Source: an uncultured Chloroflexia bacterium
Lineage (GTDB): Bacteria > Chloroflexota > Dehalococcoidia > GIF9 > UBA5629
Direction: 5' to 3'
Length of the DNA: 64,000 nucleotides
Assembly: GCA_963842805.1 (NCBI GenBank)
Contig: CAWJIA010000013.1
Coordinates: 123 to 64,122 of the forward strand
Each line of letters opens with the position of its first letter. Within the stretch, counting starts at the first letter, position 1. The notes beneath the pieces are model-generated. The model saw only the letters and a program-made list of their open reading frames with translations, was not told where the DNA came from and did not search any database. Made by a program: the position numbers and the translations under genes. Shown piece by piece: positions 1-9,791 of this stretch.

Positions 1-727
1 CACCTGCTGGCCGACAAGGTAACACCGGCTGTGGCCCGCATGAGGGAGACCGTGCTGGGCATCTCGCTCTTCTCCCCCTTCCCCTTCCACAGCGTCTACT
101 CTATCGAAGACCATAAGAAACATATGGACTGGATCAAGCATATAAATAGAAAGACCCTGGTATCGGCCAAGGTGTCGACGCCCATCGACGTGGACATGGT
201 GGCCGTGGGCAGCTACTCCGCCGGGGCGCACATAGTGCACCTGGACGGCGGCTACGGCGGAACGGGCGCGGCGCCGGATATCGCCAAGAAGAATATCGCC
301 ATGCCCATCGAGTACGCCATCGTCAAGGTCCACGACTTCCTGGTCAAGGAGGGCGTCCGCGATAAGGTCACACTGATCGCCAGCGGGGGCATACGCAACT
401 CCCACGATATAGCCAAGGCCATAGCCCTGGGGGCCGACGGCGTGGTGGTCGGGACCGGCGAGCTGGTGGCGCTGGGCTGCCTGCGCTGCAGCCGCTGCGA
501 GAGCGGACGGGGCTGCCCGCGGCATCGCTACCACGGACGAGGAGCTGGCCGAACAGATCAGCGTGGACTGGGGCTCGCAGAGGATCATCAACCTCTACAA
601 CGCCTGGCGCATCGAACTGGTCAATATTTTAAGGAAGTTGGGACTGCGCAGTGTGGCCGAGCTGCGCGGACGCACAGACCTGCTGATGCACCTGGATTAC
701 ACCAACCAAGCGGAGCCAAAGAAATGA
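1..727 (+). pseudogene. Glutamate synthase FMN/Fe-S domain protein (archaeal-type GltB domain 2). It is 5'-partial at the window edge and its reading frame is broken near 517-521.
   Basis: Frame 1 from base 1 reads ...SLFSPFPFHSVYSIEDHKKH...DGGYGGTGAAP...LIASGGIRNSHD...GCLRCSRCESGRGCP, then becomes nonsense. Homology continues in frame 2 from 521 (GIATTDEELAEQ...LRSVAELRGRTDLLMH...) and ends at TGA 725-727, overlapping the next ATG as ATGA. The 1116-aa ORF 31..3381 in the track is a read-through artefact of this break. Confidence 0.8.
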
Positions 728-3381
728 ACGGCGATAGGATAGAACAGCTTCTGCTTTCCCGCAAAAACCTCTCTGAATCGCTCCAGCCGGCCACGCCGGA
801 CAGGAAGCTGGAGGAGGAGGGCGGCTGCGGCGTTGTGGGCTTCTGCTGCACCGAGCCGGTGGCAGCCAGGCATATTTACGAGCCTTCCAGGCAGATGCAC
901 AACCGCGGCAACGGCAAGGGCGGCGGCATCGCTGCGGCGGGCCTTAAACCGGAACAGCTCGGCGTGAGCCGGGATGTGCTGGAGAACTATTACATGCTGC
1001 ACGTGGCCTTCCTGGACCCATCCGTACGCCCGGCCCTGGAGAAGAAATATATCACCCCGCATTTCGAGATCAGCTCGTCTCAGAAACTGGAATCACTGGA
1101 CGACTGGACCAAGGTGGAGGGCCTGGAGGCCAAGCCGCCCGAGGTCTGGCGCTATTTCGTGCGCGTGAAAAAGGCGGTGCTCGATTCATTCATTGCCGCC
1201 AACAAGTTCACCGGCCTGAGCCTGAACGAGGCGGAAGCCGAGTTCATCAACCAGAACAGCATCAAGCTCAACCAGGAATACTATGCCTCGCTGGGCGAGC
1301 AGAAGGCCTTCGTCATGTCCGAGGGCAAGAATATCATGATACTCAAGGTGGTAGGCTACGCCGAAGCCATCGTAAAATATTATAAGATAGAAGAGCTCTG
1401 CGCCCATGTGTGGATCGCCCACCAGCGCTTCCCCACCAAAGGACGCGTCTGGCATCCGGGCGGCGCCCATCCCTTCGGCGGCATCAACGCCGCGCTGGTG
1501 CATAACGGCGACTTCGCCAACTATTACTCGGTATGTGAATACCTGGCCGAGCGGCACATCTACCCGCAGTTCCTGACCGATACCGAGGTCTCCATCCTGA
1601 TGTTCGACCTGCTGGAACGGGTCTACCACTATCCGCTGGAATACATCATCGAGGCGCTGGCGCCCACTTCGGAGCTGGACTTCGACCGCCTCCCCACGGA
1701 CAAACAACGCATTTACAGGGCTGTACAGGCAGCGCACATCCACGCCTCGCCCGACGGCCCCTGGTTCTTCATCATCGCCCGCAGCATACCCGAAAAGAAG
1801 AAATTCCAGCTTATGGGCATCACGGATACCGCCATGCTGCGTCCGCAGGTATTCGCCTTCTGCGACGGCGAGGTGCAGGTCGGCCTGATCGCCTCGGAAA
1901 AACAGGCCATCGACGCCACGCTGCTCAGCCTGCACAAAGACGACCCGCGCATCTGCCCCATCGCCGACCGTTACTGGAACGCCAGGGGCGGCAGCCATAC
2001 CGACGGCGGCGCCTTCATCTTCGACCTGGAGAGGAACGCCCAGGGCAAGCTGCGCATGACCTGCACCGACAAATTCGGCACGGCCGTCCCCATGCCTTCC
2101 GGCACCGAGGCCTGCGATTTTACAGCCACCACAAGCAAATCCAACGGCAATATCGGCGGCAGCATCCAGAAGTGCTTCGAGACCGGGAGCGCAGCCTCCG
2201 TTTTCGATTATGTCTCGGTCAATATGAAGAACTGGTCCTACGATGATATACGCACGGCCTGCGGCGCTATCGTGGAGATGGCAGCCGACGCCCGGAACAC
2301 GGCCGCAGCCATAGAGGCGCTCACGTTGCTCAACGACCGCAGGTACGCCTGCGGCGCCAAGAAACGCAATCATATTTTATACATAGTTCGCGAGGCCCTC
2401 AGGCGGCTGTTCGGCGGCCTGCCCAAACTGGATTCGGCCGATAGCGAGAACACCTACCGCCTGATAGATCATGCTACCCGTGACCTGCTGCGTGCCCCGC
2501 ACGGTTCCGAGACTACGCTGGTCATCAACGTAACAGGCTTCGACGCGGAGGGAGACCACTGCGATGCCTCGCTGCTGATGGACGCCTACCTCAAGGGCTG
2601 GAAGCATTTCATCAGCTATAACTGCATCGGGCAGCGCTTCATCGGCTGTGGTCTGGGGCCGGAGACCGAGGGCGTGACTATCGATGTATATGACAGCTCC
2701 GGTGATTACCTGGCCTCAGGTATAGACGGCCTGACCATTACGGTGCACGGCAATGTCCAGGACCAGGTGGGACAGATCATCAAGACCGGCAAACTCGTGA
2801 TACACGGGGATTTCGGACAGACCTTCATGTACGGCGCCAAGGGCGGCAGCGTCTATGTCATGGGCAACGGGGCGGGACGGCCGCTCATCAACTCGGTGGG
2901 AAGGCCCAAGGTGGTCATCAACGGCACCTGCCTGGACTTCCTGGGAGAGTCATTCATGGCTGGCGACGTGCTCAACGGCGGGGGCTTCGTCATCCTTAAC
3001 GGTGTCAAGTTCGATGACGAGGGCAAAATGGTTCCTTTACAGGAACCCTATCCCGGCAGCAACCTGTTCTCGCTGGCCTCGGGCGGCGCCATCTACATCC
3101 GCGATCCGGAGCAGCGTCTGGTCTGGCAGCAACTGAACGGCTGCGGGTTCTTCCGGTTGACGGACGCCGAGTGGGACCTGATACTGCCCTACCTTGAGGA
3201 AAACGAGCGTTTATTCGGCATCAAGGTAGAGGAGCTGCTGACGGTCAATGGCCGGCGTATGGAACCTTCGGCCGTCTACCGCAAGGTGGCACCCGTCATG
3301 GTAGCCGCCCTGGGCAAGAAAATGGCTGAGCCCGTCAGCGAGGTCGAGGCGCTTAGTGTATCGGACGGCGAATCAGCATAA
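724..3381 (+). CDS. Fused class-II (Ntn-type) glutamine amidotransferase-like domain plus GXGXG domain (GltB domains 1 and 3) glutamate synthase-related protein
   Basis: ATG 724 has GGAG at 712-715. The N-terminal region carries GGCGVVGF...HNRGNGKGGG and WIAHQRFPTKG...HNGDFANY. The C-terminal region has GXGXG beta-helix repeats (ITVHGNVQDQVGQ, VYVMGNGAGRPL, FLGESFMAGD). Confidence 0.8.
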   Translation: MNGDRIEQLLLSRKNLSESLQPATPDRKLEEEGGCGVVGFCCTEPVAARHIYEPSRQMHNRGNGKGGGIAAAGLKPEQLGVSRDVLENYYMLHVAFLDPSVRPALEKKYITPHFEISSSQKLESLDDWTKVEGLEAKPPEVWRYFVRVKKAVLDSFIAANKFTGLSLNEAEAEFINQNSIKLNQEYYASLGEQKAFVMSEGKNIMILKVVGYAEAIVKYYKIEELCAHVWIAHQRFPTKGRVWHPGGAHPFGGINAALVHNGDFANYYSVCEYLAERHIYPQFLTDTEVSILMFDLLERVYHYPLEYIIEALAPTSELDFDRLPTDKQRIYRAVQAAHIHASPDGPWFFIIARSIPEKKKFQLMGITDTAMLRPQVFAFCDGEVQVGLIASEKQAIDATLLSLHKDDPRICPIADRYWNARGGSHTDGGAFIFDLERNAQGKLRMTCTDKFGTAVPMPSGTEACDFTATTSKSNGNIGGSIQKCFETGSAASVFDYVSVNMKNWSYDDIRTACGAIVEMAADARNTAAAIEALTLLNDRRYACGAKKRNHILYIVREALRRLFGGLPKLDSADSENTYRLIDHATRDLLRAPHGSETTLVINVTGFDAEGDHCDASLLMDAYLKGWKHFISYNCIGQRFIGCGLGPETEGVTIDVYDSSGDYLASGIDGLTITVHGNVQDQVGQIIKTGKLVIHGDFGQTFMYGAKGGSVYVMGNGAGRPLINSVGRPKVVINGTCLDFLGESFMAGDVLNGGGFVILNGVKFDDEGKMVPLQEPYPGSNLFSLASGGAIYIRDPEQRLVWQQLNGCGFFRLTDAEWDLILPYLEENERLFGIKVEELLTVNGRRMEPSAVYRKVAPVMVAALGKKMAEPVSEVEALSVSDGESA

Positions 3382-3395
3382 AGAAGAGAAGAGCT

Positions 3396-3962
3396 ATGAC
3401 GATAAAGATTAAGAAACAGTCGGGAAAAGGCCTCAGGCAGACGGTGGAAGAAATATCCGGCGTCGACATGAGCTTATGTTACCAGTGCAAGAAATGCGCC
3501 AGCGGGTGTCCTGTCACCAAATACACCCAGTCGCCACCCTCGGAGATTATCCTTCGCCTGCACCTGGGCGCCGGGGATGAGCTGCTGGAGAGCGACCTGG
3601 TCTGGATGTGCCTGTCCTGCGAGACCTGCTATGGGCGCTGCCCCATGGAAATCAACATGCCGGCGGTCATCGACGCCCTGCGCAGCCTGGCTATAGAGAA
3701 AGGGGCCAAATCGCCCAAGGGCGACATGCCGCTCTTCAACCGCAAATTTCTCGACACGGTTAAAGCCTACGGCCGTTCCTACGACCTCTCCATGATCATG
3801 GGCTATAAGCTGGGCTCCGGCTCACTGATGAATGACGTGGAGAAATTCCCGTCTATGCTGGCCAAAGGCAAGATGGCCTTGCTCCCGCCTTCGGGCGCCG
3901 AGAAAAAGGTCGTTAAGAGGATCTTCGACCGTTCCAAACAGGCTAAAGGAAAGAAAAAATGA
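3396..3962 (+). CDS. hdrC: Heterodisulfide reductase subunit C-like 4Fe-4S dicluster protein
   Basis: It has two ferredoxin-type Cys motifs (CYQCKKCASGCP and CLSCETCYGRCP). It starts 14 nt after the previous stop and overlaps hdrB by 4 nt. Confidence 0.85.
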   Translation: MTIKIKKQSGKGLRQTVEEISGVDMSLCYQCKKCASGCPVTKYTQSPPSEIILRLHLGAGDELLESDLVWMCLSCETCYGRCPMEINMPAVIDALRSLAIEKGAKSPKGDMPLFNRKFLDTVKAYGRSYDLSMIMGYKLGSGSLMNDVEKFPSMLAKGKMALLPPSGAEKKVVKRIFDRSKQAKGKKK

Positions 3963-4837
3963 GATACGCATATTATCCGGGCTGCTCGGCCCATTCCACG
4001 GCGCGTGACATGCACGAATCGGCGGACGCCGTTGCACGCCTGCTGGGCATCGACCTGGTAGAGATGAAAGGCTGGTCCTGCTGCGGAGCTACCTCAGCTC
4101 ACCAGACCGACCGTGTCATGGCCGCTTCACTGCCGGCCGCTAACCTGCTGCTGGCCAAAGAGATGGGGCTGGATACCGTCGTCACCTGCGCAGCCTGCTA
4201 CAGCCGCATGAAGACCGCCAACCACGAGATTACTTCTTCGGCGGACATGCGCGCCGCAGTGGCCGACGCCGTGGGACAGGCTTATGACGGCTCGGTCAAA
4301 GTACGCCATTTCGTGGAGATTTTATTAGAGGACGTCGGCATCGATAAGCTGCGCAAGCGTTTCAAAAAGTCCCTCAACGGACTCAAGGTCGCCAGCTACT
4401 ACGGGTGCCTGTTGGTACGCCCCGGCAATGTTACGCATTTCGACGACCCGGAGAACCCCACCTCGCTGGATAGGCTGGTGACGGCCATGGGCGGGGAAGG
4501 CATCGACTGGCCGCACAAGGTCGAGTGCTGCGGCGGCGGGCTCAACCTGACCCGCACCGACGTAGCGGTCAAGCTCTCAGCCTGCATCGTAGAGATGGCG
4601 GCCGCCTCCGGAGCGGACTGCATCGCCGTAGCCTGCCCCATGTGCCAGGCCAGCCTGGACCTCCGGCAGAAGGATATCGACGCGGCCACGGGCAAAAAAC
4701 ACCATATGCCCGTGCTTTATATCACCCAGCTCCTGGGCCTGTGCCTGGGCATCCCCGAAAAAGAGCTGGGACTCAACCGGCTGATGGTATCTCCGGCGGG
4801 AGTATTGAAGGCTTTGCAGCCTGCATCCTCACATTAA
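3959..4837 (+). CDS. hdrB: Heterodisulfide reductase subunit B (two CCG domains)
   Basis: The sequence shows YYPGCS...WSCCGATSAH and YYGC...VECCGGGLN...CPMCQASL, which is the duplicated CX(n)CCGX(m)CXXC signature. Confidence 0.9.
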   Translation: MRYAYYPGCSAHSTARDMHESADAVARLLGIDLVEMKGWSCCGATSAHQTDRVMAASLPAANLLLAKEMGLDTVVTCAACYSRMKTANHEITSSADMRAAVADAVGQAYDGSVKVRHFVEILLEDVGIDKLRKRFKKSLNGLKVASYYGCLLVRPGNVTHFDDPENPTSLDRLVTAMGGEGIDWPHKVECCGGGLNLTRTDVAVKLSACIVEMAAASGADCIAVACPMCQASLDLRQKDIDAATGKKHHMPVLYITQLLGLCLGIPEKELGLNRLMVSPAGVLKALQPASSH

Positions 4838-4856
4838 GTTTAAGAAGGTTACCGAT

Positions 4857-7800
4857 ATGGATAAGACTACTGATAAAAAGACCGGAGCGGTGCTGGTACA
4901 GGGCGGCGGCATAGCCGGCATTCAGGCTGCCCTCGACCTGGCCAACTCAGGCTTCAAAGTCTATTTGATAGAGCGTTCACCGGCCATCGGCGGCATGATG
5001 TCCCACCTTGACAAGACCTTCCCCACCGGGGACTGCGCCACCTGCATCGTCTCACCCAAGCTGGTGGAATGCGCACGCAACGTTAATGTGGAGATACTGA
5101 CGCTTTCCGAGCTGGTGGATTTAGAAGGCCAGCCGGGCAATTTCAAGGCCACCGTCAAACGCTACCCGCGCTACGTGGACGAGGTGAAATGCACCGCCTG
5201 CGCACAGTGCACCGACGCCTGCCCGGTCAACGTGCCCAACCGCTTCGACCGCAACATGAGCACGCGCAAGGCCATCGCCCAGTACTACGCACAGGCCACA
5301 CCCAATATCTTCGGCATACTCAAGAACGGGCACGCACCCTGCAAGGTGACCTGCCCGGCCAATATAAACGTACAGGGCTATATTCAGCTCATCAAGAAGA
5401 AGGAATACGTCAAGGCCGTTAATTTGATCAGGGAGAGGAATCCACTCTCAGCCATTTGCGGACGTGCCTGCAACCATCCCTGCGAGGCCGCATGCACACG
5501 CAATTCCGTCGACTCGCCGGTCGCTATCAGGCTGCTCAAGAGGTTTGCCTCCGATAAGGAGATGGAGATGGTTGAGGCAGGCCTTATCGCACTGCCGGAG
5601 GAAAAGACCCCTCCCGCCAGCGCAAAGAAGGTCGGGATAATCGGCGCAGGGCCCGCCGGCCTCACGGCCGCAGCGGATCTGGCGGACCGCGGCTTCGCGG
5701 TGACTGTGTATGAAGCCGCACCGGCGGCGGGCGGCATGCTGCGCTGGGGTATTCCGGAATACAGGCTGCCCAAGAATATACTCGATTATGAGATTGAGCT
5801 GATCAGGCGCAAGGGCGTCACATTTAAATATAACTGCAATGTCGGCAGGGATATCACCCTGGAGCAGATACGCCGTGACAACGAGGCGGTATTTGCAGGA
5901 GTAGGCGTGCAGACCAGCCGCAAGCTGGGTGTGGAAGGCGAGGACAAAGCCGGCATCAATTACGGCGTGGAGTTCCTCAGACAGGCCGGGGACAAAGATA
6001 ATCCCCCAGAGGTCAAGGACAGGGTCATCGTGATTGGCGGCGGCAACGTCGCTGTGGACGTGGCCCGCACAGCCCTGCGCCTGGGCGCAGGACATGTCGA
6101 TATGGTCTCACTGGAGCAGAGGCAGGAGATGCCCGCACTGCCCGAAGAGGTAGAGGCAACGGTTGAAGAAGGAATCACGGTGCATAACGGCTGGGGACCC
6201 CAGCGCATACTGGGCAACGGCAAGGTCGAAGGTATCGAATTTAAGCTCTGCACCAGCGTTTTCGACAAAGAAGGGCGCTTTAGCCCCACTTACGATACAT
6301 GCACCCTTACCGTACTCAAGGCAGACCAGGTGATCATCGCCATCGGCCAGTCGCTGGACAAAGGGTTCCTGGATAACAAAGATGTGGCCGTCGAGCGGGG
6401 CGTGCTGAAGGCCGACCCGGTCACCCTCGAGACATCGGTCAAAGGGCTTTTCGCCGGGGGCGACAGCGTGTCAGGCCCGGCTTCCATCATACAGGCCGTG
6501 GCTGCCGGCAAACGCGCAGTTGAATCCATCGAACGCTACATGAAGGGCGAGGACATGAGGCCCGCCCGTTTCAGCGACGGCGTAAGGCCGGTCCCGGAGG
6601 AATTGCTCCCCACCACGAACGATAAGGAGAAGAAAGCCAGGGAGGTGCCCGGCAATATAGCCGCCGAAGAGAGGAATCATAATTTCGTGGAAGTCGAGGG
6701 CGGCCTGAGCGAAGAGCAGGCGCTGGCGGAATGCGAGCGCTGCCTTAACTGCGCCATGTGCTCGGAGTGCCAGGAATGCGTGGCTGCCTGCGAGCAGAAC
6801 GCTATAGACCATTTTATGCTGGAAAAGACTGTCCGGCTGGATGTGGGCTCGGTTATTCTGGCCCCCGGTTTCGAAGAGTTCGCCGCCGAGAGAAAGGGCG
6901 AGTTCGGCTTCGGCCGCTATCCCAACGTGATGACCAGCGTCCAGTTTGAGAGGATGCTCTCCGCCTCCGGCCCCTTCGAAGGGCACGTCATCAGGCGGTC
7001 GGATGGGGAAGAGGCCAGGCGTGTCGCATGGATACAGTGCGTCGGCTCGCGCGATTCCAAATGCGGTAACGACTACTGTTCATCGGTCTGCTGCATGGTC
7101 TCGACCAAGCAGGCACTGATTGCTTCGGACCATTCACCCGACCTGCAGGCTTCGGTTTTCTATATGGACATACGCGCCCACGGCAAGGACTTCGACCAGT
7201 ATTACGAGCGCGCCAGGAATCAGGGAAATATCAATTATATTAAGAGCATGCCCTCCAGGGTGGTGCAGGTGCCCGGGTCGAAAGACCTGCGCCTGCAATA
7301 TTATGATGAATCAGGCAAGCTGGCGGAAGCTGATTTCGACCTGGTGGTGCTGTCGGTTGGCATGGAGCCTGGATCGGCGGCCAGGACCAGTGCAGGGCGT
7401 ATCGGCATCGACCTGAATGAATACGGTTTCTGCGCCACCGACCGCTTTAGTCCGCTTTCGACCTCCAAACCGGGCGTATTCGTAGCCGGGGCCTTCCAGG
7501 AGCCCAAAGACATCCCCGAGACGGTCACGCAGGCCAGCGCTGCTGCATCCATGTCAATGGAGCTGCTGGCATCGGCCCGCAACTCGCTGGTTACCAAGCG
7601 CGTGTACCCCAACGAGCATGATGTAACCGATGAGGAGCCGAGGATCGGCGTCTTCATCTGCCACTGCGGCAAGAACATCGCCTCGGTAGTGGACGTAGAG
7701 CATGTAGCTGAGGTGGCTGCGCAGCAGCCCAACGTGGTCTTCGCCACACACACCATGTATACCTGCGCCGACTCCAATTTGAATAACATCCGCGACATGA

Positions 7801-9335
7801 TCCATGAGCACCGGCTCAACAGGATCGTGGTCGCATCCTGCACTCCCAGGACACACGAGCCCATCTTCCGCGACACACTGCGCGAGGCGGGGCTTAATCC
7901 CTATCTCTTCGAGCTGGCCAATATCCGGGACCAGTGCTCATGGGTACACTCGGCAGAGCCCGAAAAGGCTACGCAAAAGTCCATCGAATTGATGAAGATG
8001 TCCGTGGCACGCTCCCGCCTTCTTTCACCTCTCATCGGCACCTCCTTTGCCGTCAACCAGACGGGCATGGTTATCGGGGGCGGCGTCAGCGGTATGACCG
8101 CCGCTCTGGCGCTGGCCAACCAGGGTTTCAAGGTGCACCTGGTAGAGAGATCGGAGAGGCTGGGCGGAAATGCCCTGGACCTGAACTATACGCTGGAGCA
8201 CGACGACGTCCAACGCTTCGTCTCAGAACTGGCCGGACAGATCGAAAGCCATGAAAACATCACCCTGCACATGGAGACCGAGGTCTCCGCAGTGGCTGGC
8301 TTCATAGGTTCTTTCGAAGTTACCCTTTCCAGGGAAGGCCTGGACAAGGAAGTAAAATGCGGGGCCATCATAGTAGCTACCGGCGCCGGACCGGCAGCGA
8401 CCCAAGAGTTCCTCTACGGGAAGTCCGACAGGGTTCTCACTCAGGTGGAGCTGGAGAAAAAGCTGGCCAAACAGGCTATGCCTCTTAAGGGACGTAATAT
8501 AGTCATGATACAGTGTGTGGGCTCACGCAACGACGAGAGGCCGTACTGCAGCCGCATCTGCTGTTCGATGGCGGTCAAGAACGCCCTCAAGATCAAGCAG
8601 CAGGACCCTACCGCTGATGTTTATGTGTTATACAGGGATATCCGGACCTACGGCTTCAGGGAGAAATATTACAAGCAGGCGCGTGAGGCGGGCGTGGTAT
8701 TCATCCGCTATGAGCGAAACACGCCGCCGGTGGTATCCGACGGTGGCAGTCTGACGGTTACAGTCAACAGCCCCGACTTCCCGGAAGCCGTGGAGATAGA
8801 GGCCGACAACCTGGTGCTCAGCACCGCAGTGGATGCGCCCAAGGACAGCCGCCGCCTGGCCGACATGCTCAAGGTGCCGCTCAACGCCGACGGCTTCTAC
8901 GTAGAAGCGCACTTGAAGCTGCGCCCGGTGGATTTCACTACCGAAGGCATTTTCCTGTGCGGCCTGGCCCATTCACCCAAGATGATGGACGAGAATATCT
9001 CGCAGGCGCGTGCCGCTGCAGCCAGGGCCGCCACCGTGCTTTCCAAGACCCTGCTCGAGGTGGGAGTGCAGGTCTCGCAAGTCGACCAGCAGAAATGCAT
9101 CTCCTGCATGACGTGCACCAAGGTCTGCCCCTATGGAGCTCCTACTGTGAACGCCGACAGGAAGGCCGAGATCATCGCAGCCAAATGCATGGGCTGCGGC
9201 ATCTGCGCCGCCGAATGCCCGGCCTGCGCCATACAGTTGAACCATTTCGAATCGAGGCAGTTCAAGACCATGCTGGACGAGCTTTTCAGTGTCCATGAGG
9301 AAGAAACTACTGAGCCGGTCGGAGCGCCGCAGTAA
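4857..9335 (+). CDS. hdrA: Giant tandem HdrA-like flavoprotein with an embedded GltD/NfnB-type NAD(P)H-binding module
   Basis: The N-terminus has GGGIAGIQAALDLA...TGDCATCI. The insert has GRACNHPCEAAC, IIGAGPAGLTAAADLA...GGMLRWGIPEYRLPK and VIGGGNVAVDVART. Further HdrA motifs are CVGSRD...YCSSVCC. A second HdrA unit follows (GVFICHCGKNI, VASCTPRTHE, IGGGVSGMTAALALA, CVGSRN...YCSRICC) with a terminal 2x[4Fe-4S] motif. Confidence 0.9.
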   Translation: MDKTTDKKTGAVLVQGGGIAGIQAALDLANSGFKVYLIERSPAIGGMMSHLDKTFPTGDCATCIVSPKLVECARNVNVEILTLSELVDLEGQPGNFKATVKRYPRYVDEVKCTACAQCTDACPVNVPNRFDRNMSTRKAIAQYYAQATPNIFGILKNGHAPCKVTCPANINVQGYIQLIKKKEYVKAVNLIRERNPLSAICGRACNHPCEAACTRNSVDSPVAIRLLKRFASDKEMEMVEAGLIALPEEKTPPASAKKVGIIGAGPAGLTAAADLADRGFAVTVYEAAPAAGGMLRWGIPEYRLPKNILDYEIELIRRKGVTFKYNCNVGRDITLEQIRRDNEAVFAGVGVQTSRKLGVEGEDKAGINYGVEFLRQAGDKDNPPEVKDRVIVIGGGNVAVDVARTALRLGAGHVDMVSLEQRQEMPALPEEVEATVEEGITVHNGWGPQRILGNGKVEGIEFKLCTSVFDKEGRFSPTYDTCTLTVLKADQVIIAIGQSLDKGFLDNKDVAVERGVLKADPVTLETSVKGLFAGGDSVSGPASIIQAVAAGKRAVESIERYMKGEDMRPARFSDGVRPVPEELLPTTNDKEKKAREVPGNIAAEERNHNFVEVEGGLSEEQALAECERCLNCAMCSECQECVAACEQNAIDHFMLEKTVRLDVGSVILAPGFEEFAAERKGEFGFGRYPNVMTSVQFERMLSASGPFEGHVIRRSDGEEARRVAWIQCVGSRDSKCGNDYCSSVCCMVSTKQALIASDHSPDLQASVFYMDIRAHGKDFDQYYERARNQGNINYIKSMPSRVVQVPGSKDLRLQYYDESGKLAEADFDLVVLSVGMEPGSAARTSAGRIGIDLNEYGFCATDRFSPLSTSKPGVFVAGAFQEPKDIPETVTQASAAASMSMELLASARNSLVTKRVYPNEHDVTDEEPRIGVFICHCGKNIASVVDVEHVAEVAAQQPNVVFATHTMYTCADSNLNNIRDMIHEHRLNRIVVASCTPRTHEPIFRDTLREAGLNPYLFELANIRDQCSWVHSAEPEKATQKSIELMKMSVARSRLLSPLIGTSFAVNQTGMVIGGGVSGMTAALALANQGFKVHLVERSERLGGNALDLNYTLEHDDVQRFVSELAGQIESHENITLHMETEVSAVAGFIGSFEVTLSREGLDKEVKCGAIIVATGAGPAATQEFLYGKSDRVLTQVELEKKLAKQAMPLKGRNIVMIQCVGSRNDERPYCSRICCSMAVKNALKIKQQDPTADVYVLYRDIRTYGFREKYYKQAREAGVVFIRYERNTPPVVSDGGSLTVTVNSPDFPEAVEIEADNLVLSTAVDAPKDSRRLADMLKVPLNADGFYVEAHLKLRPVDFTTEGIFLCGLAHSPKMMDENISQARAAAARAATVLSKTLLEVGVQVSQVDQQKCISCMTCTKVCPYGAPTVNADRKAEIIAAKCMGCGICAAECPACAIQLNHFESRQFKTMLDELFSVHEEETTEPVGAPQ

Positions 9336-9347
9336 AGAAGTTTAGAA

Positions 9348-9791
9348 ATGAACACGAATAATAAAGAAATCACCGTCGTTGCCTTTTGCTGCCTGTATTG
9401 TGCCTACGCGGCCGCCGACCTGGCCGGCTCCATGCGCCTTCAGTATCCGGCCAATGTCAGGATCGTTCGCACGCCCTGCACGGGCAGGCTGGAAGTCGAG
9501 TTTTTCCTCAAGGCCTTCGAGAGCGGCGCCGATGGAGTGCTGGTGGCCGGCTGCGAAGAGGGCAGTTGCCATTTCAAGGAAGGCAACCTGGTGGCCAAGC
9601 GCCGCGTTAACTACGCGCGCAAATATTTGCAGGAGAGCGGCCTTGAGCCGGAGCGCCTGCGTATGGTCAACGTCAGCTCCGCCATGGCGCGCCAGCTTAC
9701 CGACCACATTAAAGATATGGTTGAGACGGTGCGCAAGCTGGGTCCCAGCCCGCTCAACAAAGCCAAAAGACGACAGGAGATAAAGTCATGA
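9348..9791 (+). CDS. mvhD: MvhD-type (methyl-viologen-reducing hydrogenase delta subunit-like) Fe-S protein
   Basis: The sequence VAFCCLYCAYAAADLAG...YPANVRIVRTPCTGR...GADGVLVAGCEEGSCHF shows the canonical MvhD Cys pattern. Confidence 0.9.
   Translation: MNTNNKEITVVAFCCLYCAYAAADLAGSMRLQYPANVRIVRTPCTGRLEVEFFLKAFESGADGVLVAGCEEGSCHFKEGNLVAKRRVNYARKYLQESGLEPERLRMVNVSSAMARQLTDHIKDMVETVRKLGPSPLNKAKRRQEIKS

Noticed and set aside
1186-2373. A 395-aa ORF antisense to the glutamate synthase gene
   Set aside because: It is an Ala/Gly/Val-rich, motif-free mirror ORF typical of GC-rich coding DNA. The sense strand has clear homology.
31-3381. The single 1116-aa ORF from the track, read as one fused glutamate synthase
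   Set aside because: Residues about 165-230 of that ORF are low-complexity nonsense (RHRYHGRGAGRTDQRG...). Real homology runs in frame 2 to TGA 725-727, and a new gene with its own SD starts at ATG 724. The long ORF exists only because frame 1 happens to be open across the frame break.
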